Shown: one piece after another, positions 28,625 to 39,385 of the stretch
Position numbering within the stretch: position 1 is the first letter of the stretch
Layout of the letters: the number at the start of each line of letters is the position of its first letter
DNA from: a virus
IMG/VR virus record: IMGVR_UViG_3300025687_005582
Span: 24,267 to 88,266 of that record
Strand: one strand, 5' to 3'
DNA length: 64,000 bases
Notes under the pieces: generated by a model
What the model saw: the letters and a program-made list of their open reading frames with translations, nothing else
What the model was told of the DNA's origin: nothing
Databases searched by the model: none
Program-made: the position numbers and the translations under genes

Positions 28625-31299
28625 TGACTGTTTCACTAGGCCCATACCAGAGACCAATCCCGTTTGTTAATATACAAGACATTAGGCTTGACGAGAACGA
28701 TCAAGGACAGTACCTTATAACTATTGGAGTTTCTAATGAAAAAGTTATTCCAAAAAGAACAAGACCTCGTGCATACACGTTTGGAAACTTTATTTATTTT
28801 TCATCCTCAAGGCAAGAGATAGACGCTTTATCCACATCGCAGAGATCCTTAATCCAAGCCATAAAAGATAATCCTCAGAGTAGATTTAAGCTTAAGCCAA
28901 ATCCGTCTGAGTTTGTATTGAAGTCTAAGTCTGAAAAAAGTAACGATGTGTACAGTTATTTAAATCGCCAAAGAGTTATGATTCCTAAATCTCAACAGGT
29001 ACACGTTTTAGTGTGCTCTTATGTCGAGAACAAGAACAACTTTACTATCGGAAATGTAATCAAAGAAACGTTGTTGTCCAATAACGTATCCACTATTGAC
29101 GCCACTGTCTTCGTTTTGAACGAGACAGTTGAGAACTATGGTTCACAAGGAACTGTGTGGCCAGGGTCCGTACACGTCATCAACGATCAGTTTATGGCCG
29201 GCAACACACACATCGCCGCTGAACATCCAAACTTATCTCCTCAAACAGTTTTGAACGTAAGACTGAAAGACTTGAGAGTAATAAAAGCTGCGAATTCTCT
29301 CAACTATGATTTCATTAAAGATGAAAAGGCTTATTTTTCTCCGGTAACCTTATCGCGAGGTGCCTCTGGGAACGTTAACGGATCCTTTACATTTGACTTA
29401 TTAGCTTTCTCTAAGAATAACTGCAAGTTTGGTCCCCTTATAAAGAATGATTCAACTTTGTTGGCGTCAGCTAATATTAAGGATATTATAGTTTTTCAAA
29501 AAATAAGTGGTCGGGATTACAGTGGGAATGCCCTTACTCCAGGCAAGAGTCAAAAATGTGGCCTTGCGGAAGCAAACTCATTTAAGAGAGTTGCAAGTTT
29601 AAATAACAATTGCTCGATTGTATCCAATACGACTGATAACATATCTGTAGTTGATATATTTTTCGTTGATGATACAACCAGAGAAGTTAACTCTGGTGCT
29701 GCCGAGTATATGGTTGAGATTGTTTTAGAAGACAATACAGAAAAGTTGCTAAAAGACTTGATCTTCCCAATCAAATCAGAACTTAGAAAAGTCAATAATG
29801 TTAAAGAGATACAAGATAGCTTAAGAGTTTTTAATACAATCATTGTAGATTACCTAACAGCAGTGCAAGCAATTTTTGGTTCTGAGCCATTTACAGTATT
29901 TTCACAAAGATTCTGGAGAAAGAACTTGCTTGCTCTTGTTAACAAGTTTAACCCCCAATACGATCAAGACAAAAATCTATTCATCACAACTATGAATAAC
30001 TTTGTATCAAAAATTGAAAGATTGCTGCAAGCATACAAAACAAAGAGTGATAGTTTTGATGTAAACTCAATGATTTATATTTCTAGAAGAAACGGTAACT
30101 TAAGCGCCCGCCGAAACTTTAAAGACAAATACATCTTTACAGGAACAAGAGATTACGGGTTGGATATTTTAGATAGTAATGTTGTAATCTCGAATGCATC
30201 GGTTCCAAATATCTCATTTGATAACTACACTGCTAGAGCTACTAAGGAAGTAGAGAAGTTTCAAATAATCAACACAAACGCTGCCTCTCTAAATCCATTT
30301 GGATACTTGACGGCTCAGTCTGTTAACTTAACACCAAATCCTTTAAGGATTGACACCTCTAAGTTAAATGTCGATACCGCAGAAGCACTTCCGATTATTC
30401 AGAGCAAAACGCAAAAAAGAAGCGTTCTTGATGTTAACAAAAAGCAAAGTACCAACAGCAGAAAATCCAATGTTCTTAATGCTCTAAACATATCAGTAGT
30501 AAGAAATCCGGTACCGTTGAGAGAAGCCGCTAGACGGTCTAGAAGAATGGCCGTGGACATTATCGACTCAGCTAAGCTTTTATCAGAAACATCTGATTTC
30601 GTTTATGAAACTAAACCTTCTGACTTGGCTTCTGGCTCTAATCTCTCCACAGTTGAATCTGTTGCAAAGTCTAATGTTTTACAATCTCTTTTAGTGAACA
30701 CTGTTATTGATAAGAGCGTCACAGAGTTCAATACTGTGACTAAGATTACACAAGTAGCAGAGTTGTCTGGGTCTCCAGCGCAACAAAAACTAAATGAAGA
30801 TGGAGAAATCATCTCGGCAGGATCTGCGTTTTCGAACGCGGTTGATTTTAATTCCGTAACGCAGGTGCAATACCTAGATTCATACGATATAAAACAAGGC
30901 GTTTCAAAGCAAAATTGGAAACTTTTAACACCACAAAAAGTAGAAAGTTCGAAACAAGCATCAAAGCCTTTGATTTGCAAGTTGGTAAAGGTCTCAAGTG
31001 CTTTGGGGACACCGGATATTCTTGAGCTTGAGCCAATGACCAGTATGTTTGTTATCGGAAATGCTCAGACAACAAAGACCAACAAAACAACAAGGCAAGT
31101 GATTACGAGTGTTAGACAGGAAGTAGAAAAACAGTCTTCTAATATAGACTTGGATAATGTTGAGGTTCTATACGCTAAGAACATTCCGTTTATATCGCTA
31201 AATGTTACAGCCGCCAATAATGCAGAACTAGCTCCTGACACACAAAATAATCCTATTCAAAGGCTACTTAGAACAAGAACATCAGCGTTAGGCTATTAA
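28624..31299 (+). CDS. Hypothetical virion protein (~891 aa)
   Basis: Long ORF, TAATG-coupled at 28624; contains a His-rich 'WPGSVH..MAGNTH..EHP' motif. Confidence 0.6.
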   Translation: MTVSLGPYQRPIPFVNIQDIRLDENDQGQYLITIGVSNEKVIPKRTRPRAYTFGNFIYFSSSRQEIDALSTSQRSLIQAIKDNPQSRFKLKPNPSEFVLKSKSEKSNDVYSYLNRQRVMIPKSQQVHVLVCSYVENKNNFTIGNVIKETLLSNNVSTIDATVFVLNETVENYGSQGTVWPGSVHVINDQFMAGNTHIAAEHPNLSPQTVLNVRLKDLRVIKAANSLNYDFIKDEKAYFSPVTLSRGASGNVNGSFTFDLLAFSKNNCKFGPLIKNDSTLLASANIKDIIVFQKISGRDYSGNALTPGKSQKCGLAEANSFKRVASLNNNCSIVSNTTDNISVVDIFFVDDTTREVNSGAAEYMVEIVLEDNTEKLLKDLIFPIKSELRKVNNVKEIQDSLRVFNTIIVDYLTAVQAIFGSEPFTVFSQRFWRKNLLALVNKFNPQYDQDKNLFITTMNNFVSKIERLLQAYKTKSDSFDVNSMIYISRRNGNLSARRNFKDKYIFTGTRDYGLDILDSNVVISNASVPNISFDNYTARATKEVEKFQIINTNAASLNPFGYLTAQSVNLTPNPLRIDTSKLNVDTAEALPIIQSKTQKRSVLDVNKKQSTNSRKSNVLNALNISVVRNPVPLREAARRSRRMAVDIIDSAKLLSETSDFVYETKPSDLASGSNLSTVESVAKSNVLQSLLVNTVIDKSVTEFNTVTKITQVAELSGSPAQQKLNEDGEIISAGSAFSNAVDFNSVTQVQYLDSYDIKQGVSKQNWKLLTPQKVESSKQASKPLICKLVKVSSALGTPDILELEPMTSMFVIGNAQTTKTNKTTRQVITSVRQEVEKQSSNIDLDNVEVLYAKNIPFISLNVTAANNAELAPDTQNNPIQRLLRTRTSALGY

Positions 31300-31302
31300 C
31301 AC

Positions 31303-34035
31303 ATGCAAGATAATAACTACAAAAACCAGTTACTTATTGTAAATCAAAATCTGGTAGGTATCAAAGATCGCGGAACTGTCAATAACAATGCAGTTGTTTC
31401 TGGTACAGTAATAACTTTCCATCCAATGGTTCGTGATAACTGGGGAACTTCTGACCCTCTACGAGGAGTTCTCGGGGCTTATTACACAAGATACAGAAGC
31501 AGCAAGGGTGAGGCTTTGTATGATTACTCTAACGCCCTAAGAGCGATAACAAATGGCTATGTACCACAGGATTTTGATCATGGCCCGGGAGGCATTGGTC
31601 CTCTTCGTAATCAGCTAGAAGGTGATGCCGGCTTTGGTACAAACATTATATTCCCGGTTTCTTTCTTTCCTACAACAGACGACAAAATACAGCTAGTGGG
31701 AGACCCTTTTGTATGGGACGATTATTCAACAGTAGCCGGTGGCCTAGGTAATGATTCACAATGGTTTCTGGGCAACTTTGACGAATACGTATTTGGATCT
31801 CTAAAAACGCCGGCAAGCCAACTATTAATCATAGAAGATATTGTAAATGAGAATACGGCAGTATATCAAGGGCTTTTTAACGATCAAAATATTGAGAATA
31901 GATCGTTTTCAGACCACACTTCTATACACTTCCTATTGTCTAGCGATCGTTCTTTGAGAGAGCGTTCGGGCGTCCTAACCAGTGTTGATTCAATTTACAA
32001 TTATTACGTTAACTCTAATCCAGACTACGAAGACGTTATTGCTGATCCGAGAGTCGAAGAGTATTTGATTCCTAATGCTTACTATCTACAGCTTGAGTTA
32101 CGGAACACAGCTTCGTTTCCTCTAGTTCCTTATCACGTTTCCGCAATCCAGTTTGGTGCATATGGTATTGCCGAGGCGGTTGTCCAAGCTCAAACGCCAA
32201 CAGGGCCAGTGAATTGGTTCAATGTTGGCTCATTTGGATTAACAGAAAATAACATTGGCAGTTACTATAGTCTATATTCAGACGGTATGTCATCGCGTAT
32301 ATCAACCCTTGATCAAAATGCTAAAAACTATTTTCAAAATGTTAATGGCGATATAGCCATTTTGCATTCCGATATAGGTGTTTTGAATCTTGATTCGATT
32401 GAGCCCATGAGTATTCCATTCTTTAATAAAATAACGATTGGTCAAGATACGGAGGGTCTATCAAATTCTACATCCTTCTTGGGAAATATTCTTTCAAATC
32501 CGGATACATCTAACTATGTTGATATGCTTCAAGCCTTTGCTATTTTGAGCTACGATGGTACAAATCCGCCAGCGGCTCAATTTTCCACAAGATATAAGAT
32601 TCTTAATAACGTAAATAACTTAAATGATTACACATTTGAATCAAACGATATTGGATTTCCAATATTATTTGATTTGGGAGATATGCTTTCATCGGGGATG
32701 GCGAATTCGGGCTTGTATCAAGAAATAATGTTGTTTTATCAGAACAAGTCTCCTGGCGGCATATCCTCCATTACTTCGAATGTAAAATTCTTAAGAGATT
32801 ATTACGGAAGATCATTAGATGATCTTATGGGCGATGTCTCTTTTGATGCTGTACAGGCTTCAAACATCTATGATATCGCTCTAGCGCAATCTGATCTTAA
32901 TAGCGAGGTCTTCAAGAGAAGTCTAAAGCAGATTTTTCAAAACAAAACTTGTCATTCTGAAACCCTTCTGTATGTTGTAGAAAAGTATCGCGTCGAGGAT
33001 AATCAGTTAGTACAAAAGATCTTCATTTCTCCCAATATCGATGGGACAGGGCCCGACCTAACATACTACGACTCCCAGGTCAAATACAACACCAAATATC
33101 GATACGACTTCAAGAAGGTAGTTTTAGTTTTTGGTAATACATACACCTACCCTGATCGTAGCGGGTTTTCAGCCGGCTCGTCTGCGGCTAGTGCTAATGT
33201 AGAAAACATACAAAACACTCCATCCATAAAGGCTATTTTGGTTCCATACACAACAGACGGAATCGAAGTAGCTATTATAGATAGGCCACCAGTTTCTCCA
33301 AGCATATCTTTCTACCCAGTTAAGGGTGACGATACGAATGTAAAGATATTACTGAATGCAAGCACTGGTGATTATATGGATAGACCGATTCAGATATTGG
33401 ATACTGACGCACAGTTTTATGAAGAAGAATACTTTGGGCAGACAGGAGTCAACAAATCATTTGAAGATATCCGCTCTGAGAATAGAAAGATTCAATTTAA
33501 GTCAGATGATCCGGTGGATAAGTACCAGTTGTTTAGAATTGGCAACATGCCTACTTCATATCGTGATTTTAATAACAACTTTGTTGAAGTGGATCCTGAG
33601 ATTGGTGTCGCCGGTTATTATCAAGATAACCTCTTGCCAAATACAAAGTATTACTATTGTGCCCGCTCGTTGGATGTTCACAATAACATTTCTAATCCGA
33701 CATATATTTTCGAAATCGAGATGGTCAATAATGATGGCCAGATTTTCTTAAGGCAGGATATATTTACTTTTGAGGCAGCAAAACCTGAAGTTGTAAAAAA
33801 TGGAAGAAGATTTATTTATATAGAGCCAAGCTTCAATCAGGTTGCTTTAGAGAATCCACCGGATGCCCCAGCAAACGTCAACGTAGCTCCGGAAAACAAC
33901 ATTCTTGGCATTGCTGATCAGCAAGAATCTTGTTGGAATGAAACATTTAAGATCAGAGTGACAAGTAAGAAGACAGGTAAAAAGTTGGATCTAAATTTAA
34001 CTTTTAAAAATTCAGGAGTTACAAATCCTAGCTAA
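31303..34035 (+). CDS. Hypothetical virion protein with C-terminal FN3-like segments
   Basis: 'YYDSQVKYNTKYRY' and 'DNLLPNTKYYYCARSLD..N.SNP' resemble FN3 strands. Confidence 0.6.
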   Translation: MQDNNYKNQLLIVNQNLVGIKDRGTVNNNAVVSGTVITFHPMVRDNWGTSDPLRGVLGAYYTRYRSSKGEALYDYSNALRAITNGYVPQDFDHGPGGIGPLRNQLEGDAGFGTNIIFPVSFFPTTDDKIQLVGDPFVWDDYSTVAGGLGNDSQWFLGNFDEYVFGSLKTPASQLLIIEDIVNENTAVYQGLFNDQNIENRSFSDHTSIHFLLSSDRSLRERSGVLTSVDSIYNYYVNSNPDYEDVIADPRVEEYLIPNAYYLQLELRNTASFPLVPYHVSAIQFGAYGIAEAVVQAQTPTGPVNWFNVGSFGLTENNIGSYYSLYSDGMSSRISTLDQNAKNYFQNVNGDIAILHSDIGVLNLDSIEPMSIPFFNKITIGQDTEGLSNSTSFLGNILSNPDTSNYVDMLQAFAILSYDGTNPPAAQFSTRYKILNNVNNLNDYTFESNDIGFPILFDLGDMLSSGMANSGLYQEIMLFYQNKSPGGISSITSNVKFLRDYYGRSLDDLMGDVSFDAVQASNIYDIALAQSDLNSEVFKRSLKQIFQNKTCHSETLLYVVEKYRVEDNQLVQKIFISPNIDGTGPDLTYYDSQVKYNTKYRYDFKKVVLVFGNTYTYPDRSGFSAGSSAASANVENIQNTPSIKAILVPYTTDGIEVAIIDRPPVSPSISFYPVKGDDTNVKILLNASTGDYMDRPIQILDTDAQFYEEEYFGQTGVNKSFEDIRSENRKIQFKSDDPVDKYQLFRIGNMPTSYRDFNNNFVEVDPEIGVAGYYQDNLLPNTKYYYCARSLDVHNNISNPTYIFEIEMVNNDGQIFLRQDIFTFEAAKPEVVKNGRRFIYIEPSFNQVALENPPDAPANVNVAPENNILGIADQQESCWNETFKIRVTSKKTGKKLDLNLTFKNSGVTNPS

Positions 34036-34050
34036 TAAGCAAAAATAAAA

Positions 34051-34057
34051 CTATTTA
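34051..34057 (+). promoter_or_regulatory. CTATTTA putative late promoter
   Basis: Intergenic, 18 nt before ATG 34076. Confidence 0.6.
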
Positions 34058-34075
34058 AAGGAAGAGGATAATAAT

Positions 34076-35002
34076 ATGGGTTTCTTAGACAATTCTGGCG
34101 ACATCATTTTGGACGCTGTACTAACCGACTTGGGTCGTAAAAGGCTGGCCGAAGGAAATGGTAGATTTAACATCTCAAAGTTTGCTTTAGGTGACGACGA
34201 GATTGACTACAGCTTGTACGATAAAAACAATTCTAGTGGCTCTGCTTACTACGACATTAACATCCTACAGACTCCTGTTTTGGAAGCCTTCACGAACAAC
34301 ATGTCCAGCATGAAGTCCAGACTTCTATCTTACTCTAGAAACGATCTTCTTTACTTACCAGTAATCCTCACTAACACAACAGCGGGTGGACAGCCATTTT
34401 ATACCGGACTAAACTCCTATGTTGTATTAGTAGATCAAACAACCGTTAATACAGTCGCCGGCACAGGCACAAACGCACTTGCTGCTGGTATCTTAAATGG
34501 TTTTAGGCCATCTGAGGGAGCCAACTATGTTGAAGCTGATCAGGGCTTAGATACAACTGAGCTATCTTCTGATCAGACACTGGCTCAAGTAGACGATCAG
34601 CTAGTAGAGACACAATACTTTGTTCAGATAGATAATCGTTTAGGTCAGCTTCGTGCCGCTTCTGGAGAAGGTTCGTTTGCTCCTTCTTCAATCGATGACG
34701 ATAATATCGCCACATACATCTTTAGTCGCGATGATGACTCTAGCGTTGTATCTGATGTTGCTGCTAATGCCGCTTCTATCATCAGAGGTCCGAGAGGCTC
34801 TAGAGTCCAGCTTAAGATTGCTTCCTCTTTGGATCTCAGAACGAGTACCTTCTTGTTTAATCAGCTTGGTTCAACAGGAACAACTGCTATTGGCGATTTG
34901 GCATCTGGAAATTATAAGTTTATTGATACAATAGTTAGAGTTTCTGGTGTTTCAACGGGATATACACTGGATGTCCCTGTTAGATTTGTAAAGCAAAACT
35001 AG
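34076..35002 (+). CDS. Virion structural protein (tail-fibre-attachment/DUF3751-like N-terminus)
   Basis: 'AVLTDLGRKRLA..ISKFALGD' resembles the first half of P2 gpH-type fibre N-terminal domains. Confidence 0.6.
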   Translation: MGFLDNSGDIILDAVLTDLGRKRLAEGNGRFNISKFALGDDEIDYSLYDKNNSSGSAYYDINILQTPVLEAFTNNMSSMKSRLLSYSRNDLLYLPVILTNTTAGGQPFYTGLNSYVVLVDQTTVNTVAGTGTNALAAGILNGFRPSEGANYVEADQGLDTTELSSDQTLAQVDDQLVETQYFVQIDNRLGQLRAASGEGSFAPSSIDDDNIATYIFSRDDDSSVVSDVAANAASIIRGPRGSRVQLKIASSLDLRTSTFLFNQLGSTGTTAIGDLASGNYKFIDTIVRVSGVSTGYTLDVPVRFVKQN

Positions 35003-35022
35003 TTAAATAAAAGGATTTTATA

Positions 35023-36069
35023 ATGGCCACATCATTTAAAGAGTTAGAGAGCGGACGAGATTCCGTAGTAACAAGAAACCTACTTCACGAAGCAATCCCG
35101 ATTACAGGCTCGATTGTTTCTGGAACATACGCAGATAACAACATTAAGAACTTTTCTCACGGTATCTTCCAGGCTGTGTACGATTACCCTTACTTGAGTT
35201 CTTCTGCTAATCATATTTTTGATTTAACAGTCGGATACTCTTCTGATTCACCTCGTTCTGGCTCGGGGAACACCCAGCAGGAAAAGAAGATTAACGTTTA
35301 CAACGAACTAGCACAGGTCTTGGTCGGTTACGATGAGAACGGAGCAGTTCGTCGCTTCGATGAGGACGGCGATCTTACCGGTGGCACAAAGATTCGATCC
35401 GCTTACTTTGTTAACTTTGCACGTTTGCTTACAAAAGATGAGATCAAGAAAGGCTCCTTCACTTTAACTCTTGGTGTAGGAAGCACATACGCTTCTCCAT
35501 TTGGCGCGAATACAATCGATTTGGTAGATTTTAGCGGCTCTAACGGATACAAGATCAACTCACCAGCCGGCGAGTACGGTGTTCTATATGCTACTGGTTC
35601 AGCGCTAGCCGGATCTGGCTATCAGAAAGCTGGCCTAATCTACTATCAGGCCGGCATCGCAGTTGTTACAGCATCCGTATTTGGTGGTCTTCTAACAACA
35701 CCAGCGGTAATGGACGCAGCCGGAAATCTAATTAACGATATCTTGACTGGCTCAACTATTGCTTCTGGCTCTGATGCACTTCGCCATAGAGTTCAGAACA
35801 TCTCATTTAACAACACGACAGAGTTAAACTCTACCATTTACTTCTGCCGTGCTAACAACACAGATTTCAACTACTCTTCAAACCCAACTTATCTTTCCTC
35901 AAGTAAGATGGTTGTTAAGACAAACTCACAGGATCTTCCAGTATCCTATGTATCAACTGTTGGTCTTTACTCCCCAGATAACGAGCTACTCGCAGTTGCT
36001 AAGTTGTCTGAGCCTCTTAAGAAAGATCCAAGCACTGAGTTTACAATCAGAGTAAGACTTGATTACTAA
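35023..36069 (+). CDS. Virion structural protein
   Basis: C-terminal 'STVGLYSPDNELLAVAKLSEPLKK..IRVRLDY'. Confidence 0.65.
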   Translation: MATSFKELESGRDSVVTRNLLHEAIPITGSIVSGTYADNNIKNFSHGIFQAVYDYPYLSSSANHIFDLTVGYSSDSPRSGSGNTQQEKKINVYNELAQVLVGYDENGAVRRFDEDGDLTGGTKIRSAYFVNFARLLTKDEIKKGSFTLTLGVGSTYASPFGANTIDLVDFSGSNGYKINSPAGEYGVLYATGSALAGSGYQKAGLIYYQAGIAVVTASVFGGLLTTPAVMDAAGNLINDILTGSTIASGSDALRHRVQNISFNNTTELNSTIYFCRANNTDFNYSSNPTYLSSSKMVVKTNSQDLPVSYVSTVGLYSPDNELLAVAKLSEPLKKDPSTEFTIRVRLDY

Positions 36070-36089
36070 AGCGAATATGTGGTTATGTT

Positions 36090-37298
36090 ATGCCTTACTA
36101 CAAGTTTAAACGGAATGAAGTATATAACAATACTTTAAAGACTTATCCAAGCGTTAAATTTGTAGTTTATTCTGGCTCCGCATATTACAACAACACACCA
36201 AACATTTCTGGTGCTTTTGCCGATCCTATTCGTTTAACGGATGGCGGCAAAGTATCTTTATATGAGTTGAACATTGATAGAGTTAGTTCCTCAACAGGGC
36301 GCACTATTGGCGAAGTAAATGATAATGGCCTTATCTTTCCATTTGTTGTAAAGAACGGCACTCGCATAGATTTTAGAACTTCCACAGAAGCAGCGTTCAA
36401 TAGTGCTAGTTACGGTGATGTTCTTGTTAGTTCGTACCCATACACATCAAGCATCGATAAAGAGTATTACAGCACAACAACCGCGAGAATAGGAACTGTT
36501 ACATCACTAACAGATGGTTATGTTTCTCATCTTCGTGCTCTCAAGAACACCATCAATCACTATAACTATGTGAACCCGCACTTTGAATATTCTTCATCTC
36601 TATATCAAAGAGATTTTGATACGGATGAGGTTGGTTTGGTAAGTATCCCATCGGTATTCTATGGTTCACAGATTAAGAAAGGCTCTATCAATCTTGAATA
36701 TTATTTCACAGGAACTTTGATCGGAAGAGCACAGGATACAAACAGAGACGGAGTTTTATATTCTACATACGGTGTGGGCTCTGGTAGTGCGATTGGGTTG
36801 GCTCTCTACAATGAAGGGTTCTTGATTTTAACAGGATCAGAAAGTCTAAACGGTAGCAGCGATGCTTACCTACCAGGGAACGATAGCCCAAAGTGGGTTT
36901 ACTTTGCTCAGTCCATATCTGGTTCTATCAAGGCGCCAAATTCTTCTTACGTTATGCAGATGAGTGGCACCTCTTATACACAAACTCTCACTATGTTTGC
37001 AACAGCCCAGAAGGGCGATTTGAACCACTCAAACAATCCAACGTATACTCAATATTCAACGGGTAGTTATGCTGCTACTAGCTCGTATGCTTATTTGGAA
37101 CTAACCAACAGACCAATCAAAAACATTGTTAGTTCTTCCTATCCCGACCCAACCGGCTCATTTGAAAAAACAACATACATCTCAAAGATCGGTATCTACG
37201 ATGAAGATAAAAATCTTATCGGTATCGCCAAGGTCGCGACACCAGTAAAGAAAACCGTAGAGCGAGATTTCACATTTAAGATCAAGCTTGACATCTGA
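36090..37298 (+). CDS. Virion structural protein, paralog of 35023 ORF
   Basis: Shares 'IKKGS', 'N.S.NPTY' and the C-terminal 'SKIGIYDEDKNLIGIAKVATPVKK..KIKLDI'. Confidence 0.65.
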   Translation: MPYYKFKRNEVYNNTLKTYPSVKFVVYSGSAYYNNTPNISGAFADPIRLTDGGKVSLYELNIDRVSSSTGRTIGEVNDNGLIFPFVVKNGTRIDFRTSTEAAFNSASYGDVLVSSYPYTSSIDKEYYSTTTARIGTVTSLTDGYVSHLRALKNTINHYNYVNPHFEYSSSLYQRDFDTDEVGLVSIPSVFYGSQIKKGSINLEYYFTGTLIGRAQDTNRDGVLYSTYGVGSGSAIGLALYNEGFLILTGSESLNGSSDAYLPGNDSPKWVYFAQSISGSIKAPNSSYVMQMSGTSYTQTLTMFATAQKGDLNHSNNPTYTQYSTGSYAATSSYAYLELTNRPIKNIVSSSYPDPTGSFEKTTYISKIGIYDEDKNLIGIAKVATPVKKTVERDFTFKIKLDI

Positions 37299-37310
37299 TA
37301 TTATTCGGAT

Positions 37311-37847
37311 ATGATTTTAGGACTTGACATCTCAACCAGTATTACTGGCTTAACAATATTAGACCCCGAAACTGGCGCCATTCTTTATTGCGATCATATT
37401 GATATGCGCAAAGAAAAAAACTTCTTTAAGAAGGCTGATATGATTGAAGATAAGTTAGAAAACATATCATATCGGTTTTACATAGGCAGGATCTATGTAG
37501 AGCAATCGCTTCAATCATTCCGCTCAGGATTCTCATCAGCACAAACGCTTTCGCTTTTATCAAAGATCAATGGTATAGTTTCTTGGCAATGTTATAAGAT
37601 CTTTGGCTTACAACCTCAATATCTCGCAGCCATATCTGCCAGAAAGTTGGTCGGCATTCAAGTTCCCAAAGGTCAGAAAGCAAAAGAAGTCGTTATGAAG
37701 TTTGTTATTGACAACGTGGAAGACTTTAATGTAGAGTATACCCGTCACGGCAATCCAAAGCCCGGTTATGCTGACCGCGCCGACAGTTACGTGATAGCAA
37801 AAGCGGGGTATATAAATGATAGACAAGAAACTCAAAATCCTAACTAA
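37311..37847 (+). CDS. RuvC-like Holliday junction resolvase
   Basis: 'MILGLDISTSITG', 'IYVEQ', 'KAKEVV', 'DRADS' give the RNase H-fold acidic residues. Confidence 0.8.
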   Translation: MILGLDISTSITGLTILDPETGAILYCDHIDMRKEKNFFKKADMIEDKLENISYRFYIGRIYVEQSLQSFRSGFSSAQTLSLLSKINGIVSWQCYKIFGLQPQYLAAISARKLVGIQVPKGQKAKEVVMKFVIDNVEDFNVEYTRHGNPKPGYADRADSYVIAKAGYINDRQETQNPN

Positions 37848-38751
37848 TGTTCTCGGAGCATCTTATCGCTCCAACAATGAGTTTCTTTTTTCCTGTCCTT
37901 ACTGCAAACACCACAAACGCAAGTTCTCGGTAAACATAGACAAAGGCTATTACAAGTGCTGGGTCTGTGATACACGCGGTAAAAACATTTATCGTGTTAT
38001 CCGACGCTTTGGAACAAACCACGACAAGTCTCAATGGCGTGACATCACAGGCACCGTTGATTATGAGAAGCTTGAAGATCTTTTTGCCGAGAAAGTAGAA
38101 GAAAAACAAATACTTGATATGCCCGAAGGTTTTGTATCTTTGGCGAATAAAGATATTCCACCTACCGGATTTGCTGCCCGAAACTATCTACGAAAGCGCG
38201 GCATCACAAAGCAAGATATTGTTTGGTGGAAGATGGGCTATTGTAGTAAAGGAGAGTATGAAAATCGCATTATCATTCCTTCGTTTGATGATGAAGGCGA
38301 TTTGAACTACTTTGTTTCTCGGTCTTATGATAAGAAAGCTTACCCAAAGTATAAGAACCCGCCAGCAAGTAAGAACATTATATTCAACGATTTGTTTGTG
38401 GATTGGAGTTCGGACATTATATTGGTGGAGGGAGTCTTCGATGCTGTGGTTGCCGGTCGTAATTCTGTACCTCTTCTTGGATCCACACTAAATCAAAACT
38501 CTTCTCTTCTACAAAAGATTGTAAAAGAAGACGCAGGCGTTTATATCGCTTTGGATCCCGACGCAAGAAAGAAAGAGTTGGAAATCATCAAAACTTTGTT
38601 GGATTTTGATATTGAAGTTTGGAAAGTAAACATCGGAGAGAATGAAGATGTTGGGTCAATGACGAAGGGTAACTTCCAGAAATGTTTGGACAAAGCGACC
38701 CTTATTACATCAGACAACTATTTACTGTTGACGCTCGCTATGTCGGTGTAA
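37816..38751 (+). CDS. DNA primase (T4 gp61/DnaG-like)
   Basis: Zn finger 'CPYC..CWVC', 'YLRKRGI', 'RIIIP', TOPRIM 'LVEGVFDA' and 'LDPD'. Confidence 0.9.
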   Translation: MIDKKLKILTNVLGASYRSNNEFLFSCPYCKHHKRKFSVNIDKGYYKCWVCDTRGKNIYRVIRRFGTNHDKSQWRDITGTVDYEKLEDLFAEKVEEKQILDMPEGFVSLANKDIPPTGFAARNYLRKRGITKQDIVWWKMGYCSKGEYENRIIIPSFDDEGDLNYFVSRSYDKKAYPKYKNPPASKNIIFNDLFVDWSSDIILVEGVFDAVVAGRNSVPLLGSTLNQNSSLLQKIVKEDAGVYIALDPDARKKELEIIKTLLDFDIEVWKVNIGENEDVGSMTKGNFQKCLDKATLITSDNYLLLTLAMSV

Positions 38752-38765
38752 AAGGAAACATAAAA

Positions 38766-39335
38766 ATGAAACTTATAATGGAAAACTTTAAAAAGTTTAT
38801 CAACGAAGAGGAAGACGCTATGCGCGGTGCTGATCGTCCTGGCGCCGGCATTGAAGATGTCCCCCAGCCAGAAGGTGAAGAGCCAATCGACGTTCTTATG
38901 GACGTGAAGGCACGCCTAGCAGGTATGAGTGAAGAAGAGTTGATGCAGTTAGCCGCAGACTTAGACGGAGGTATGGTTACAGCACTTCGCCACATTCTTT
39001 CTGATAAGATGTATGCTCCAACGGGCGAGTTTGATAGTCTTCCACAGATCGGTGATGATCCACGAGATCAAAGTCCTTTGGAAGAGATGCACGAAGGCTA
39101 CGGCCCCGGCGGCGTCCGTGGGTCAAGCTACAGTGGGTTTCCTCCGGCTCAGGCCCGCGCCCTCGCTAAGCAGCTAGCTACCATGAGCAGTAGGAAATCA
39201 CTTAGCTATGGAGATGAAGGAAAATTGAATGATTACCTGAGGCAGCAGAAATACAGCACTAGTAGAGAAGCCAAAGACGATATCATTAAATACTTGGTTG
39301 GAAATGGATTTGGATATCGCGCAGATTATACATAA
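38766..39335 (+). CDS. Hypothetical protein, putative internal head protein
   Basis: Probable start MKLIMENFKKFINEEE, with AAAGGA SD and a CTATTTA motif upstream; the 38682 track start is likely too early. Confidence 0.6.
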   Translation: MKLIMENFKKFINEEEDAMRGADRPGAGIEDVPQPEGEEPIDVLMDVKARLAGMSEEELMQLAADLDGGMVTALRHILSDKMYAPTGEFDSLPQIGDDPRDQSPLEEMHEGYGPGGVRGSSYSGFPPAQARALAKQLATMSSRKSLSYGDEGKLNDYLRQQKYSTSREAKDDIIKYLVGNGFGYRADYT

Positions 39336-39357
39336 GGACGAAAATCTAAAATAACAC

Positions 39358-39385
39358 TTGACTAACTCTACCGTTGGTATATACT
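39358..39385 (+). promoter_or_regulatory. Sigma70-like promoter (TTGACT-N16-TATACT) upstream of the Mre11-Rad50 gene
   Basis: Near-consensus -35 and -10 boxes in intergenic DNA. Confidence 0.45.

Noticed and set aside
37287-37332. TTGACA-N16-TATGAT promoter and a repeated CTTGACATCT
   Set aside because: The -10 box overlaps the resolvase start codon, and both repeat copies are explained by coding for 'LDI'.
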